64,000 nt of DNA from Takakia lepidozioides (GCA_030704615.1 CM060734.1:53382001-53446000); one strand, 5' to 3'; positions 47,013 through 60,963 are shown, numbered from the stretch's first letter. A program made the numbers and translations. Notes: generated from the letters alone by a model not told the origin.

Positions 47013-49711
47013 ATGACGACCCCAAAATCAATTTCGAGCTTTTTCCAAGCACCCAAGAGGCTCCGGATCGAAGAAGCTGCCAGGATAGCGGTTGATGCTG
47101 GCATTTGTGCCCCTCGTATCACCAGCCTGGCTCCGAATCAAGCGCGATTTCCTGAGTGGGAGGGCCTGACAGAGAGAAGTTTGAAGGCACCGAACAATCC
47201 CATAGAGCTCTCTCAGGAGTTGGAGACTGAAAGGAAGTATATCGACAGTGGCAGCGATGTTGTGGCTTGTGAAGAAGAACCTGGAGTAGTGAGCAAGCAG
47301 GGCAAATCAGGCGAATGCCACGAGTATGTAGGTCAGCAACCATTGGAAATGAGTCGGGAGCAGAAATGGAGAATGGAGATAAATAAAGCAGCTGCGCGGG
47401 CCAAGAGAAACTTGAGGCTGTGCGCAGATGGCGTGGAAGAGTCGCGAGGTATGTCTTTCCGTCTCTGTTAATGAGTGATGCGGGTAACGATGGCCTTTCC
47501 TAATCATCGAGGGTTCTCGATCTAATCCGACATCTCCATTTTGTCAAAATTTGTTTGGAGATGCAGCACGAGGGATGCCATGCTCGGAGTTGGGGAAGCT
47601 GCTAGTGGAACAGAGCTGGGTGGAGGCCTTGCCAGGGGAAGTTAATAAACCATACATGGAGAAGCTTGCCAAGTTCGTGGGCCAGGAGGTAGCTGGAAAA
47701 ATCCCCATTTATCCACCCTTGCCAATGGTGTTCAATGCATTCAACACATGTCCTTTCGAGGCTGTGAAAGTGGTCATACTCGGACAGGTCAGGGCTCTCA
47801 CACCCTCACACAAGCTGGCTTGCTTCTCTATTTACTGTGCAGTAAACGTTCGCTTGCTTTATTGTCTTTGTGGCAGTCCTGCCTTGAGACTTCTGCTGAA
47901 AGAATATCTGGCAGCCCTTGCTGCTACATCAAAGAACCAGTAACGTACCAGTTAGTTAGGTTTTTCTCTATGCAAAGTAAGAAACTGAGGGTGGCTGATA
48001 TGGCAACGACCTATGCAAACCTATTGTAAATCTCTACTTTTGCTTTGCATTACTAACGTCATTTGAGTATCCATGCATTTAATCATCTGGCTTCTGCAAC
48101 GTGGCAGGTAAACTTCTGCTGTGGGTGAGGTTTTGTAGTGAGCAATTTTGTTCTTCTTTTCTGGCGTGCATGTCGTGCGGTACAACTTCTTCACAAGGCT
48201 TAGTAATGTACTAGGCGGATTTGAACAGGACCCTTATCATGGCCAAGGTCAAGCAATGGGCCTGAGCTTCTCAGTGCCACAAGGCATCAAGCCTCCATCC
48301 AGTTTGGTCAACATTTTCAAAGAGGTCCATGCAGATGTTGGCTGCTCCATACCTTCCCATGGAAATTTGGAGAAGTGGGCGTATCAGGTGCGGACTATTT
48401 GTGCAGATGAGAGCTGGCATGGGTTTTCAGTTTTGGTGGGGCTGGGTAGAGAGTGTGTAATCAATTTTGTCTCATGGGCTTTCCATTCCCCAGGTCTTGA
48501 AACTCTTGGTGAGACATTTTTACAGACATTACAACATCCTGCATCTTCACATCTCTATTGCCAATTATTTTCTTGAAGTATTTGTCATTTTGCATGGTTT
48601 GTGAAAACTGGCAGCTATTTCTGTATTGACAAAAGAGAAATGTATCAGATCTTTGTTGAGTCCATTCCATGAGTGTAGTGATGTTGATGTTCACATGTGG
48701 GGTGGCAGGGAGTCCTCCTGCTCAATACAGTGCTTACAGGTCAGCATCACAGCCTTCAATATATTAGTGCTGCCCATACCACAGTTGCAGTCACTGTTCT
48801 TTTTACTTACAGGCTTCCATTGTGCCCAACTTTCCTCTAAGTCATCTCCTACCACCTCTCCCATCATCCTATCACAGTCTGTAATGGACTTAGGCTTGCT
48901 GTGATGTCTAGTATAATAGTCCACAGATGCGGTTTGTGCTGCAGTATCGTCCTCTTCATTGTCTGGTCCTCTGCTGCATGTTGTTACATGTGCGCACAGA
49001 CCATGTGTATGTTTTTTCGTCTTAAGGATGAGGGAAAAAAGCATCAACTATTTGCGTTTCTCACTAAGCAACATTGAAGGAGAGTCTAGAGTCTAACAAG
49101 GTACTATGTGCAGTGCGAGACCACCATGCAAACTCTCATGCAAAAAAGGGGTGGGAACTCTTTACGGATGCTGCAATCCGGACTGTCTCTCAACGTCGAT
49201 CAGGCGTTGTTTTCCTCCTTTGGGGGAACTCAGCACAAGAGAAAACCAGGTGACAGTCTTTTCTGAACTTCCATTGTGTGTTCTCTTCCCTCCATTTCAC
49301 TGGTGCTCTCTTACATGAGTACCACGGAAGTTCTTGAAAAGATTACTCACATGGTGGTGCTAAGATCGATCTCATAGGATGTGAGTGTGGGCATCTGTGA
49401 TGCAGATTAATCAATGCCAAGGTGCACCACATTCTAAGAGCAGCACATCCATCTGGCCTCTCTGCCCACAGAGGATTTTTTGGTTGCAGGTGCAAGTCCC
49501 AGTGCCATGCATGACTAATCTTTTTTGGTCCCTGATTTCCTTGTGTGGCATGGAAAGGACAACACATGTCTTAGTGCTTCCACTTGCCACATTTTTGCAT
49601 GAAATGCTCTCTTACGTTCTTGTGATCATGGTGATGTGTAACAGGCATTTTTCTCAGACTAATCAACTTCTAGAGAAGGATGGTCAACTTCCCATTGACT
49701 GGCAACTATAG
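47013..49711 (+). CDS. UNG: Uracil-DNA glycosylase (family 1), 7 exons
   Basis: Exons 47013-47448, 47567-47787, 48229-48387, 48709-48739, 49114-49249, 49406-49489 and 49645-49711. Motifs GQDPYH, GVLLLN, HPSGLS and PIDWQL, with an N-terminal PIP-box-like KSISSFF and KRLR. An alternative upstream ATG exists at 46941. Confidence 0.95.
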
Positions 49712-49825
49712 CACTGGGCGTGGCAACAGCCAGGAATGCACGACAAAAATGCTCACAGCAATCTCTGTAAAGGAGATTGATGGAACATAGGTTAGAGGCT
49801 GCTTTCATTAACCTTGTTCAGTTTG

Positions 49826-50072
49826 GTGGCCACAAGGCTACGGCCAACAGAGTCTCATGAGGACATTGTATGACAGTTCAGTGGCCCTATTAAATAATCA
49901 AAGCCAAGCACAGCACATTTCATGAGCTTTTGTTGTACAACTAGGAGTATGGCACATTGTCTTTTCTTGCACCTTGCATCCTTCAATCTTGTTGCTTTGT
50001 TCTATAGGACGGCCATAAGGCTATGGCAAGCCAACATTCGCAGGGAATGGCATGAGGACATTCTATATGGCA
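49826..50072 (+). mobile_element. Two degenerate LINE 3'-tail remnants downstream of UNG
   Basis: tggccacaaggctacggc..tctcatgaggac at 49827-49864 and ggccataaggctatggc..catgaggac at 50011-50059. Confidence 0.6.
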
Positions 50073-50696
50073 CTTCAAAATAAAAGTAGCATTTAGATTG
50101 CTTTCAGTGAGGCGACAAAAGTTGGTCTGCTGGAAGTCCAGTATGCAGTAGTGTATGTTTACCCCTCTCTAGAGGCACCAGCAGTGTAAGTTCCTTAGAA
50201 GCTGCTGTAGTGAGAAATCCAATATCCTTAGTTTCTTGGCACTACGTCTGAGTTGCTCTGTATGCTTGCTGACCTACCAACGAGACAGTCATCAGGTTGG
50301 GACTCTGAGGGTAGAGGGAAGACTTATTCTTTAGTGAGGTTGAACAAGAGCGACTTTCTACGCTGGTACTGCTCCATGCGGACATTTTCGAGAAAGGAGA
50401 AACATGCAGGAACGAAGATCTCCATCTCCAATGAGTCACTTCTCTCTTTGTGTGAGGAAATTCCGCCTTTTGTCGACACAATGTTTGGAAGACGTTCCTT
50501 CTGTCGTCACTCTGAGGCCACACAAAATTCAGAGGCCATCACTCCTAGTAGGTTGCCTGCTTCACCTAGGACTTACTGTTCCCGCTCATTCCTGCCTGGG
50601 ACATTCAAATTTTTGGGAACTGCTATCGGAATTCTCCTCTCTCTCACCTTCTACAGCGGACCCATAAGTAGGCCAGGTTTCCATCGAAGTTGCGTG

Positions 50697-51002
50697 ATGG
50701 CTTCATGGCTGTGCCCCAGCTGCACATTCATGAACAATCCTGGGGTTTCTGTTTGTGAGATGTGCTCACACGCTGCCGCTGGCGAGTCGCGGGAAACCGG
50801 AATTGCAGCGGTGGCCCCAGGTGTCGCTGGAAACGTATACAGAATCGCAGAAATGACAGTATTGGCCAAGTCCTCAAGAGCGTCGCTTCTCCAGAAAAGA
50901 AAAGAAAACCGTCGCCTCTCGAAGGCGACACCCAGGGGGTCGGTTGACACAGCGACCTCCCAGAGGTCGGGCCCCACATACACGACGTCGCCATGCTGTT
51001 GA
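50697..51002 (+). CDS. Small protein with an N-terminal RanBP2/NZF zinc finger
   Basis: MASWLCPSCTFMNNPGVSVCEMC fits W-x-C-x2-C-T-F-x-N-x6-C-x2-C. The rest is basic and low complexity. Gene structure is uncertain. Confidence 0.55.
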   Translation: MASWLCPSCTFMNNPGVSVCEMCSHAAAGESRETGIAAVAPGVAGNVYRIAEMTVLAKSSRASLLQKRKENRRLSKATPRGSVDTATSQRSGPTYTTSPCC

Positions 51003-51305
51003 ACAGGATAAAGGTCACTTATTTGTAGCGACTGTTGGGGGTCACTATTAAGCGACATCAGAGGAAATGTGAAAATCTGTAAGTGTGAAAGACCTCGTCC
51101 TTTGCCTTGCTGTTGATTAGGCAGCTCATTTGTAGCTTTTGTCTGGTGCATGGTGTGGTGTACAACCAGCACCAAGTTGCTGCACCCACATCGAAATTTT
51201 AAGCTCCAAATGGTGGTCTTTCCGTTCCCCATCGCAATATACTATCTGTTGCTTTGAGTTGAATATTCATCACTGAGGATAAGAATTCTCTGATCAAAGG
51301 ACCAT

Positions 51306-51719
51306 ATGTCTTTTAATGGATCCAGTGGCCTTGATGCGAACTTCGATCCTGAGGACGCCCAAATCTCCAGGCTCGAAGAGGCATGGTGATTATGTCTGGA
51401 AAAGCGAACAATCAAAAGGCAGTCGAGGACAATCCAGAAATTGATAGAGGCACGCAGCGGAGGTGTGATACCTTTGCCGTATGTGAGCTCGGAGATTCTA
51501 GCCAAAGTGATCGAATACTGCAAGGAGCATGTCGAGCAGAGCGCTGCAAGATCGGCGGAAGAATTGAATGTTTGGAATGAAGAATACATCCTGCAAGTGG
51601 ACGAAACCACACTGTACGATCTTATGTTGACCGCGAACTACCTGGACATGAGCAGCTTGATGCATCTCACATGCCAAGCCGTGCCAAACTGTGCGTGGCG
51701 AACATTTTCGTTACATTAA
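51306..51719 (+). pseudogene. Degenerate SKP1/ASK-like gene
   Basis: Reads IPLPYVSSEILAKVIEYCKEH..LYDLMLTANYLDMSSLMHLTCQAV. An in-frame TGA lies at 51387-51389 after the ATG at 51306. The C-terminal F-box-binding helices are not contiguous (possible remnant KGVTHEEF near 52023). Confidence 0.75.
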
Positions 51720-53101
51720 TTGTCAGTTCTGTACATGTAAGTAGCAGTCAATGATCGTAGCTTTCTTCGATTGAGTTCAGTAACATGTTCAGAGAACTCG
51801 AAGCCACGTACATAATGTGCGTCTTTGCATGGGCAAGGCAACGGACGAGGTCTCGCAGTCTCACACTTTCAGTTTTGGATCTATGATGGAACGAAATGAA
51901 CTGAGTATGTAGAATTGAAGCATTCTCTGCACACAGTAAAGCGTTCTTTTGTGCTTCAGGTTGTGTGAAGTGCGTGCAAACAGGTAAGCATCCACATGAA
52001 TAAACCAAGCCTGTGCTCCTTGAAAGGTGTCACCCATGAGGAGTTCGAACAGCAATCTAAGATTAATCAAGGTCTTAGATCATGTCTGCACAATGTACCT
52101 GTACATTGAACAGCAATCTTAGATTAAAGTCAGCACTAATGAATCTGTGAAGATTCTTGTCTTTAGAATCTGTGTAAAGTCAGCAATGCTCATCAAGTCA
52201 ACCCCACTGACATAGCACACCACTGATAACTAGTGACTTCCCACACCTTTCTCTACTACTCCATCACTGTCTGAACATTCCAGAAGGTCGATGCTGCCAC
52301 AAAACTGGATGGTAGTCAAGGGATTTCCGCGTTCGCCCACAAAGACTCCATCTTTGCACTCTATAAGCAGTGACTGTGAGAGAGTACACCTGGGGAGAGG
52401 AAGTGACATCAACAGAAAAAGACATAACAAGAGCTAAGGCAGTAGCTCCCCTTTGAATCGATCCTCGGGCTGCCAAGCACCTCTGATCTATTCCACTGGA
52501 TGACTCCACCAAGGATGGACAATCCCTGTAGAAAAGAAGTATTTCCGCATGATCTCGTAGTGGGGCATGACAAAAAAACTGGTTGCAAAAATGGTTGCCA
52601 GGCTTCACAAATTGTTGTTGCTCAAGTTAACTGACCCCATCTATCTGATCCTGTGCCAGGTTGAGAAAGCATCTTTTGCTCTAATTTGCTCCGTAAGTTG
52701 AATAATGAGCTTGCCCTGCTTTGAACAGAAGACAACCAGCTGGTTATGACATAACAATACTCCACATTGCTATACCCAGAGAAATATGTCCAGAAGACAA
52801 CTACGTTCTGAGCATCATGCTGGTTTTGTTTTGGGCCGGCAGTCGATTCCTGTTTTCATGGCCTTTCTGTGCTTTTGAAGATCATAACATCAGTGAGTCG
52901 TGTGTCCACACTCCACACCCGGGTCTGCAAATCTGTGGGAAGCAGCAGCTTATAAGGTGAAAACAGTGGACCTGTACAACACAGATGCTAATGAGATATG
53001 CCAGTTGTGCTCAAAGTATTGCTGACTACACTGCTGTGCACTACCTGTACCCCTTCCTGGATTTCTCTCAAATGCTTTCTTGCTGTGCTACATTACTAAG
53101 T

Positions 53102-54352
53102 GGGCCATTGGCGCCCATTTTTGCGATCTACATAGATGCTTTGGAGGGATACAAGACTTCTCCAACAGGTCAATCTTTCTTAAACTGAGATCATGGTTTT
53201 TAATGGCCATGCGGATCGCAGATTCCACTATAATGAGCAGGACATTGAGGTTGTCAAATCCTATACGTACTTGGGTCTGGTTATCCACTCACCCAAATTC
53301 CAGTTTGCCTCAACTGCTATGGACAGATTGACGAAGGGTAGGGCTGCCTCCATTCACCTCCAGGCCAAATGCAAACAGATACACCTGCGCCATACGGCAA
53401 CCAAAAAGTGGCTCTTTGATACCGTTGTCCAGCCGCCACTTATGGCTGAGTTATGGGCATCTGGTGTCCCAGTTTCCTGGTGGGAGAAAAATTTGGAACC
53501 GCTGCAGTCATCTTTCCTCCAAACAAATGCTTGGTGCTCGAGGCACAACTCCATCACACATTCTATGTGCGGAGTGCCACCTCAAACCAAAGCTAGCTTT
53601 AGGCTTACAGTCTTTCTTGAAAGGTTACAAGCCCTGAACCCCACAGGGCTCACAGCAAGGGCCCTCAAAACATCTATCAGGCTCCATTCAGCAGGCTTCA
53701 AGCGCTCCTGGTGCGCTCGGGTGTGCAGTTTTTTTTAGTGCAACGGACTCTCTGTTACTTCTCTATTGCCACAAAATACAGAAGGGTGGAAATCACATCC
53801 AAACAGGATCGCAACAGACTCAGGCAAATATGGAAGCGGGCCACAAGAAAACTCCATTTCTACCGATAGACATTCTTAGTTCTCTGTGATGATGGAATCT
53901 TCCAGCCTAATTACTTATCTGCACCGTTATTTCCCTCTCTTCTGAGGGCATTGGGGCGATTCAGGGTGGGCTCCCACAATTTACGGATAGAGACTGATAG
54001 ATGGATAACTTGCAGCGAGAAGGCCGCCTATGCCCAGCATGCACTGGCCGAACCGTTGTATCAAAACTGAAGAACACTTCTTCTTTTTCTGCCCTCTTTA
54101 CTATGAGATCCGTGAGAGATTCCACTGTCTTCAAACCCAATCTCCCACAGAAGTCTTCCAGTATGAGGATCAGAAATGCTTGGCTTTTAGCGGTGGTTGC
54201 TTTTAGGCTGCTTCACTCTTTGTCTTTTATTACCCACAACTGGAGTGAGCCCCTCACACAGGTTGTGTCTGTTCCCTCTTGTTTGGCCTAATCAGGGCGC
54301 GGGGTTTTATGGCCACAATGCTACGGCAAGTAACATCTCATGAGTACGTTTT
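53102..54352 (+). mobile_element. 5'-truncated, degenerate RTE/RTEX-like LINE of a second family
   Basis: Reads PLAPIFAIYID, IMVFN, YTYLGL and ALGRFRVGSHNLRIET, with a zinc-knuckle remnant. Ends in gggcgcggggt..atggccacaa.gctacggc..tctcatgagtac. Weak TSD CTAAGT. Confidence 0.8.
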
Positions 54353-55043
54353 CTAAGTTGCCCTAGCCAACAAGATCTATTGCCACAAGGCTATGGTGAC
54401 TCCGAGATCCCCTTCTGTCCATAATATTCAATTACAGTGGAATCGCAGCCATACTGTTATATCTCTATAGCCATACGTCTACATTATGCCAATTCCTAAT
54501 TATTAAACGAAATTGTCGATTTTAGGGGCTTTTTGAAACTACTTGGGCTACACTTGAAAGAACTAGTGTTGACTCTATGTAAGAACTCTAGTAGTTTCCA
54601 GTTGAGCTTCATACCGTGTAGGCAAAAATCAGCGATTGTCTCCAGGATGATCGTTCTGCTCGGACCACAGCCTCAAGCCAGTGGAAAGGTCAATGATACA
54701 TGGGTCTCATTCTCCTTCGTGTCTTCTTGTTGGGTACTGTGAAAGTGCTGACAAACAAATGGAATGTGAAAGCAGCATGTGTCAATCTCCCAGTGGCAGT
54801 GGTCTTCCCCTTTGAAACTGCTCTCCACACTGGATATACTAGAAATGATGCTGCATCAGTGGTTCTGCTCCATACTTGTGCAGTGAAGCACATAGGCCTT
54901 TCACACAGTTGAATGCACACATCCTCCATGCCCACAGGCAGAGAGAACATGTTTATCTGTCCAATACCCCACAGCACATCATGACAGCTATCCTGCCTGG
55001 ATAAGACTTCCAACAGCCAATTCTCATCTTACGCCCACCATCA

Positions 55044-58000
55044 TCATTCAGGGCTTGGTTTAGAACTTTCATCGGGTGACACTGCGTCAACATTAGATCC
55101 AGCAAAAGCTGGCATTGTATCAATTCTTAGTCGCTTGTAAAATGCCTTGAAGGACCCTTTCTTCAAAGGGCTCAGTCGCTCCGAACATTTCTCAAATCGG
55201 ATGCCATCAGAGGCTTTCTCTCCCTCATCCTTGCCGTCAAACATACAACCACTTCTTTGCTTCCGAAACATGAAGCCTCTTTTCTTGGGTTTCCTCGTCT
55301 CATTCTCCCTAAGGCTTCGCAGCATTGGGTGGTTGGGTTCACCCAATCCATTGGGCGAATGTGGGTCATCTTCAGATGATGCTGGACCCCTGCTTTCTGG
55401 AATAAAGTCTCTCAAAGAGTCAACACTTGCAACCCTTTTGTGCTTTGCTCTTGCAGTGCCCCGGACGATCTCATTATTTGGTCTGTCGAAACCTGGCCTT
55501 GGCGCTGCCCAAGAGCATACAATAAGTTGGCCTCCTTGACTGAAAGGACAAGTTGGTGGAGCGATGGAAAGGGAAAAAGGCAGAAGAAAGAAGAGTATCA
55601 TGTCTGCTAGACAATCTCCATAGTGAGAAAGAGAGAAAGAGCTTATAGTGTACCCGGGAAGCTCAAAGAGCTTATGGAACAAAAGCACACAAGATAAAAG
55701 AAAGTGGGGCCCTCAACAAGCAGCCCAAATGTAAAACTTATAACTTGTGCAGCGAGCCCAAATAGCACATGGGACAAGAGTGAAAACAAGAACAGTCCAA
55801 CCACAATTTTAGTAAGAAACTGCCATGCGTTTTCCCAAAAGAGAAATCCACATTCCACATGAAAGAACAGCATTACTTGGTTAGCCCCAAAACACCAGGA
55901 GTGACACTATGCAGTACTGTTCAGCAGTATAAGAATGGACTTCATCCTGCAAATGTTGTGATTGTAATGGGAGAAGCACTGCAGTCACACCAGTCAAGAA
56001 TGACAAAAAGTACTAAGCGAATTCTCCTCCCACAAAAGATTTACTTCTCTTTGAGGGACCTCAAGCCAAAGCACCTCAAGTCCTGCACTGCAGTAAGTAA
56101 AGTTTGATGAGTACTTTTGCCCAGAAACTAAGTGCTGTACCTGTGGGGCTAGGGAAGTTGGCTTCCTGACTGGTGCACACCTCTTCCTCTTGCAGGGAGC
56201 TACCAGGAGGCTTCTGGGGTTCCACAATTGTGACTGCAACATGCAATTGCCCAGTCTTGGTGCCCTGCAGCTGCAGCCACATGTCATGTCGCTGACCTCC
56301 CCGTAGTGTATGCAGGTCAATTGCGCACCAACCCTGCAATGTACCCGCCTGAGGACTACTGTAACTGGATCATATTCACCAGAGTTGTGAATAAAGAAGC
56401 ACCCACGGTCACGAAAGAGGGCAAGGAGGGAGGAAAGGGACTATCTGGCCCCACTTTACAGATTTCTGTTTCAAAACAATCGGTATGCGTAAATTATGGT
56501 CGACACCAACAAGATCTCAAGAGAAAAGAGCATAAATGAGAGCCACAGTACGAGGAGCTGCTCCAACTTGCAAATTGGCCCACCCACAACTAACTCCGGT
56601 AAGCTTATAAAGCTGATTTTGTCTGTCAGTTGGAACTTGATAAAAATACATCCTTCACAACATTGGGAAGAATTTACTTTCTTTTCCTGCATACCAGCCA
56701 AGGAAAAGGATGGGGCCTACCTCAGGAGTTATTGACGCAGGAGTTCTTGTACACCTGATACCCAGTCTATAAATGGATAAGGGTTAACCAAGGAGGAAAG
56801 TGCCTTACAAGTTCATCATCCTTGCCAAATGTATCATGATCTCGGCTGTGAAACAAGAGTTTGGACGGCAGACTCCAGCTGCTGATTCGGATCCGAAAGA
56901 GCTCATGCCATACAGGGTGCAATGTCTGCTTCTTGATGGACGTCTTGAACCTCATCTTCTCCATAGCTATCTTGATGTATGGATCTGCGAACCCTGAATA
57001 GGCATGGTTGATATTAAAGCAAACCCAATTCCCTTGAATGTCCAAATTGGTACGTGTACTAAACCTCCTTTACATATCAAATAGATGTTACGAGCAAATG
57101 ATAATAATCAGTGCAACCTACCAAAGTTTCCAATGTGTGCAAACAGGCGCAAAGCTCCACCAGGCATAATCAAGCAAGAACGACACAGGATTTAGACACG
57201 GCTACATGCCAACCGATGGGCATTAAATTGTTCTGACTTATGACCAGATTATCCCAGCTAATGTCTTGCTGTAATGGAAAGCCCTTCAGATCCAACCCCC
57301 AACATGATAGCTGTGGCAGTTTGTGGGAATAGTAGATTGCAGACACTTCTCCTGCTGTGTGTTTTATCATGAACCTCATTATTAGGTGTGATTTGAAAAT
57401 AGTGGGTGTTGAATCACAGACTGTTTGCCAAAACACATGTATATCCCTGCACTGCATATGCATATATCTTTCACAACACAGCAAAACAGGGCCAGTGTGC
57501 TACTTTCTGCGGCCACCAACATTTCAACTATTGATTGTAAACTCACCAGATTTGTCTTTGGCTTCCAAATTTTTACCCTCCAATACCTCCAGTATTGCAA
57601 AGCCCACATCGTTTGCTTCCTTTAAGTTCCCTGCATGCTTACCCACCAAAAATGGTATCAACCATATCAATAACTTCTTGCATAGATCAGTAGAAACCAC
57701 CTCTGCCATGCCATAGGGGAGTGAAGTCTTACCTGTCCCTGTGCACTCTAGGTATCACCCTTGTAGGCATACTCCCTCTGAGATACTTACCCTCCTGGTA
57801 TCCATCGTTGTGATTTAACCAAACAGGATTTGAAACGTCGTTACGAAATTATATGGATAGCACTATTGACCACATGACAGGATAAGCTGTGATGTTTCTA
57901 CCAACAGTATAATTTCAGTCTTGCTAGATTCTATGCAGCTTGGCGGTTCCAGGATTTCATTCTTAACAAGACTGATATTGAGTTCTGGGCTGTGAGAATG

Positions 58001-59780
58001 AATTGACACAGTGTGGCAGGACTCAATGCCTGCGACCCAGGATTGATCCAAATCTAGTGCCTGAGAAGGTTTCTGCTCCAAACTGCCACAAGACTACGTA
58101 AGCCTTTCATTACTCTAATGATAAGAATGGCAATCAATCTGCAAACATTTCAATCTACCCTGGACAAATCCAAATCCCATAACGTATTTCTAAAAAAACA
58201 TTCTGGCAAACCATGTGGCAATACAACTTTCAGTAAGAAAAAATAACCCTCTGCCAGTCAAAATGTAGGGTGGCCACCATGGTTCATTATGCTATTGGAA
58301 CTGGCAGGGATACCCTCACTTGCCAGTGAAAATCTGGCTTGCACTGTTGAAACAGATCAATGACCAGAGATGGGAGAGCAGGTACCAGTGTATGTAAATT
58401 TAATGTTGTCTTTGTCGTGATCAACACCATAATGAGCACCACAGAGCTGTATCAGGTCCAAAACTAATGGATGTGGCTCCACCAAGCAAGTCTCCACTGA
58501 TGCCTGCACCGCTTTCGTCTGCCTCCACACATTTCTTGCAGGTTTGTCTATGTCTGTCCAAGCCATTTGTCTCTCTCTCTATCCACTTTCCCCCCTAAGA
58601 AATGGGGAAGGGGGAACGAATTGTTGTTACCTTCAATTGTAGTTGGACTGTGAGCAAAAGGCAGCTGTTTTGCCCATCCCAGCTCGCCAATGTCATACAG
58701 TTGATTATCCCCAAGACAGAGATTAACCCCTTCCTTGTGGACACCAACCGCAAAGTAAAGTATTACACTCCAACCAGAAGGATGTTTCTCTCGAACAAAT
58801 GAGGACAGACTTTCCTTCCCCACCATTCATAAGCATCCCCAAATCCCCTCCACATTCAATGTTGTCCCCTCCATCCCTACAATTAACATGCTGCTCTACA
58901 AGAGAAGAGGAAATGAAGAAGCTGGGAATGTGGCCAGGAGGCATACCACCCACGAAGCAATGCCTGGTAGATCGGTGAGATCAACGCTTCTAGATGACAA
59001 AGGTCTCACACTCAGGCCCAAGATCGGCACAGTCACAAACGCCACAGTCAACTGGCCTAGATATGGATAATACGGAACAAACTTGCATCCCAGTCGCAGT
59101 CTTCCCTCTATTCTCAGATTGTTTCCGTATAATTTTCCAGCAAGCCCAAACCCTACTGATGCCCTTTTCAGGCGAGCAATGAGCTCCACCCGCATGTCAT
59201 CCGCTGCCACAAATGAAATGTCCATTTCTATGACTGCATCATCACCCTTCTCTGAAATGCGATGAACTCTGACAGATTGAATTACTGGTGGCGAGCTTCC
59301 CAGCCGGAGAAAATCAATGACCAGTTTCTTCAGGGCCCGGGGCTTGAAGTGATCGAGGTTGACATGAAAGCATTCAGCCACCATATTGGACAGAAATCGC
59401 TCCAGCCAAGAAGGCCACATTTCTTGCAAGAGAGAATTTAGCCACACCGCTGTTTCTGTTTCCGTGACCGCTACGCTCCGTAACTTGTCTTCTTCAACTT
59501 GGCTGTGAATCTGGATTCTCAGGCGTTCTTTCTGGACATTGTCCACAGCGTGGACATAGAAGACTGCAATTAAGACCGCAAATGGACAATTGTAGTGATA
59601 GTATCCGGCAAGCCATAGCAGAGAGAGGACAAATACCAGATGGAGGAAGAGAGGCCACCGTGATAGGGCCTCGTAGAGCCTCCCGACAAGTTCTCCTTCT
59701 CTCTTTCCCCAGCGGCGAACGCCTGTCCTACTGTCCACGCTGGTTTCAGGCTGATCAGGTTGCTGCATTGATGCAAACAT
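55044..59780 (-). CDS. TM-SMP-C2 membrane contact site protein (NTMC2T6 / At1g53590-like)
   Basis: Exons 59780-58947, 58518-58386, 57630-57547, 56993-56809, 56333-56141, 55916-55877 and 55539-55044. N-terminal TM hairpin, SMP text ETAVWLN..MWP..LGSSPP..SFVAADDM..DLPGIASW, and C2 text LEGKNLEAKDKSGFADPY..TLHPVWHE..DHDTFGKDDELG. Confidence 0.88.
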
Positions 59781-60963
59781 GCCCTAACTTAGTATCATCT
59801 GTGTAGGATAAATTTTGAGGCTTGTTCGATTCTTGGCGTTGCATTGAAGGCTGCTCACTATCCCTCACACCCAGGGGCCCTCTGGCAATCTGAGGAATGT
59901 TACCAGATCCTTGGGAGTAACGGTCGGAGACACAACCACATCAGTAACCAACCACCTCGCACAGGGGAGGCCCGCATGGCCAACCAACTGTCACATGTAA
60001 AGTCTTCACAAATCTGCTGAACCACTTACTCAAGTCTCTCATGCAAAACGTGTTTTGCCAGGCCTTCTTCGGAATTGTGAATTCCAAAGTCTACCCTCAC
60101 CATCGCAACTTGCATTGCAGCAGTGACGGTTACTGCAATCGTGAACGGGAAGAGTATATGGGGGATTCAGTTATACTCCCGATCAGATCCTCCATGCTTT
60201 CCATTTACCAGATTCACTACATTCCATCTGATTCTTCAACTTACTGATGCAATGCAACTCACAAAGGGTGCAATCCATCTCTTCCACCACACTGTCAACA
60301 ATCTCTTTGATGTTTTAAGAAAAACCATACTGCTGCAATGTAACTCACAAAGGGTGCATTGCATCTTTTCTACCACATTCTCACCACAATCTCTGTAGAA
60401 AACCCTTACGGATGCTGCATTTGACAAAGCCTGCATCGCTCCTCTCATAATTTGAAGATATGGAAACAAAATTACAGAGCGTTTGTCCAGATTGTGCATC
60501 TAAATAGTTCGGCATGGGATACAAGTATCGGCCATGTTTCTGCTAGTTTCTTACGTAGACAACGGTTCTGAAACTGCAAATGAAGTTTGTATCTCATAAA
60601 AGAACTCAGGCATAATGACTACATAGGCCTCGATAGCTAAGTATGTCAAAACTGCAATCAATTTTTACAAAGCTAAACTGGAAACTTCTAGCTGCTGACT
60701 CCACAATTCGGGGGCAGGTCCGAGTTTCAGGGACAAAGTTTCTTCAGGATTCTTCTAGGCTACAGGTTTCCTCACTTAAAAATGGAGGAAATCGAGCTGG
60801 TTTTAAGTACAAGGTTTTGAATGTTCCTGTAAATCATATGGCTGGAGTGAAGTGCTGTCTGGATAGTCTAAGACTTCCTCCATCAAAAATAGCTGATCCA
60901 TTTCATCTTTCACAGATGAGCTCCTACTAGAGTGTCACTGATTAAAAAGGTGGATGGGTCCTG

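Noticed and set aside
49826-49870. Hammerhead ribozyme in the shared LINE tail (ctcatgag)
   Set aside because: It lacks the CUGAUGA and GAAA core.
52230-52610. Possible minus-strand exon(s) of an unknown gene
   Set aside because: Splice-like signals exist, but there is no recognisable domain or connected gene model.
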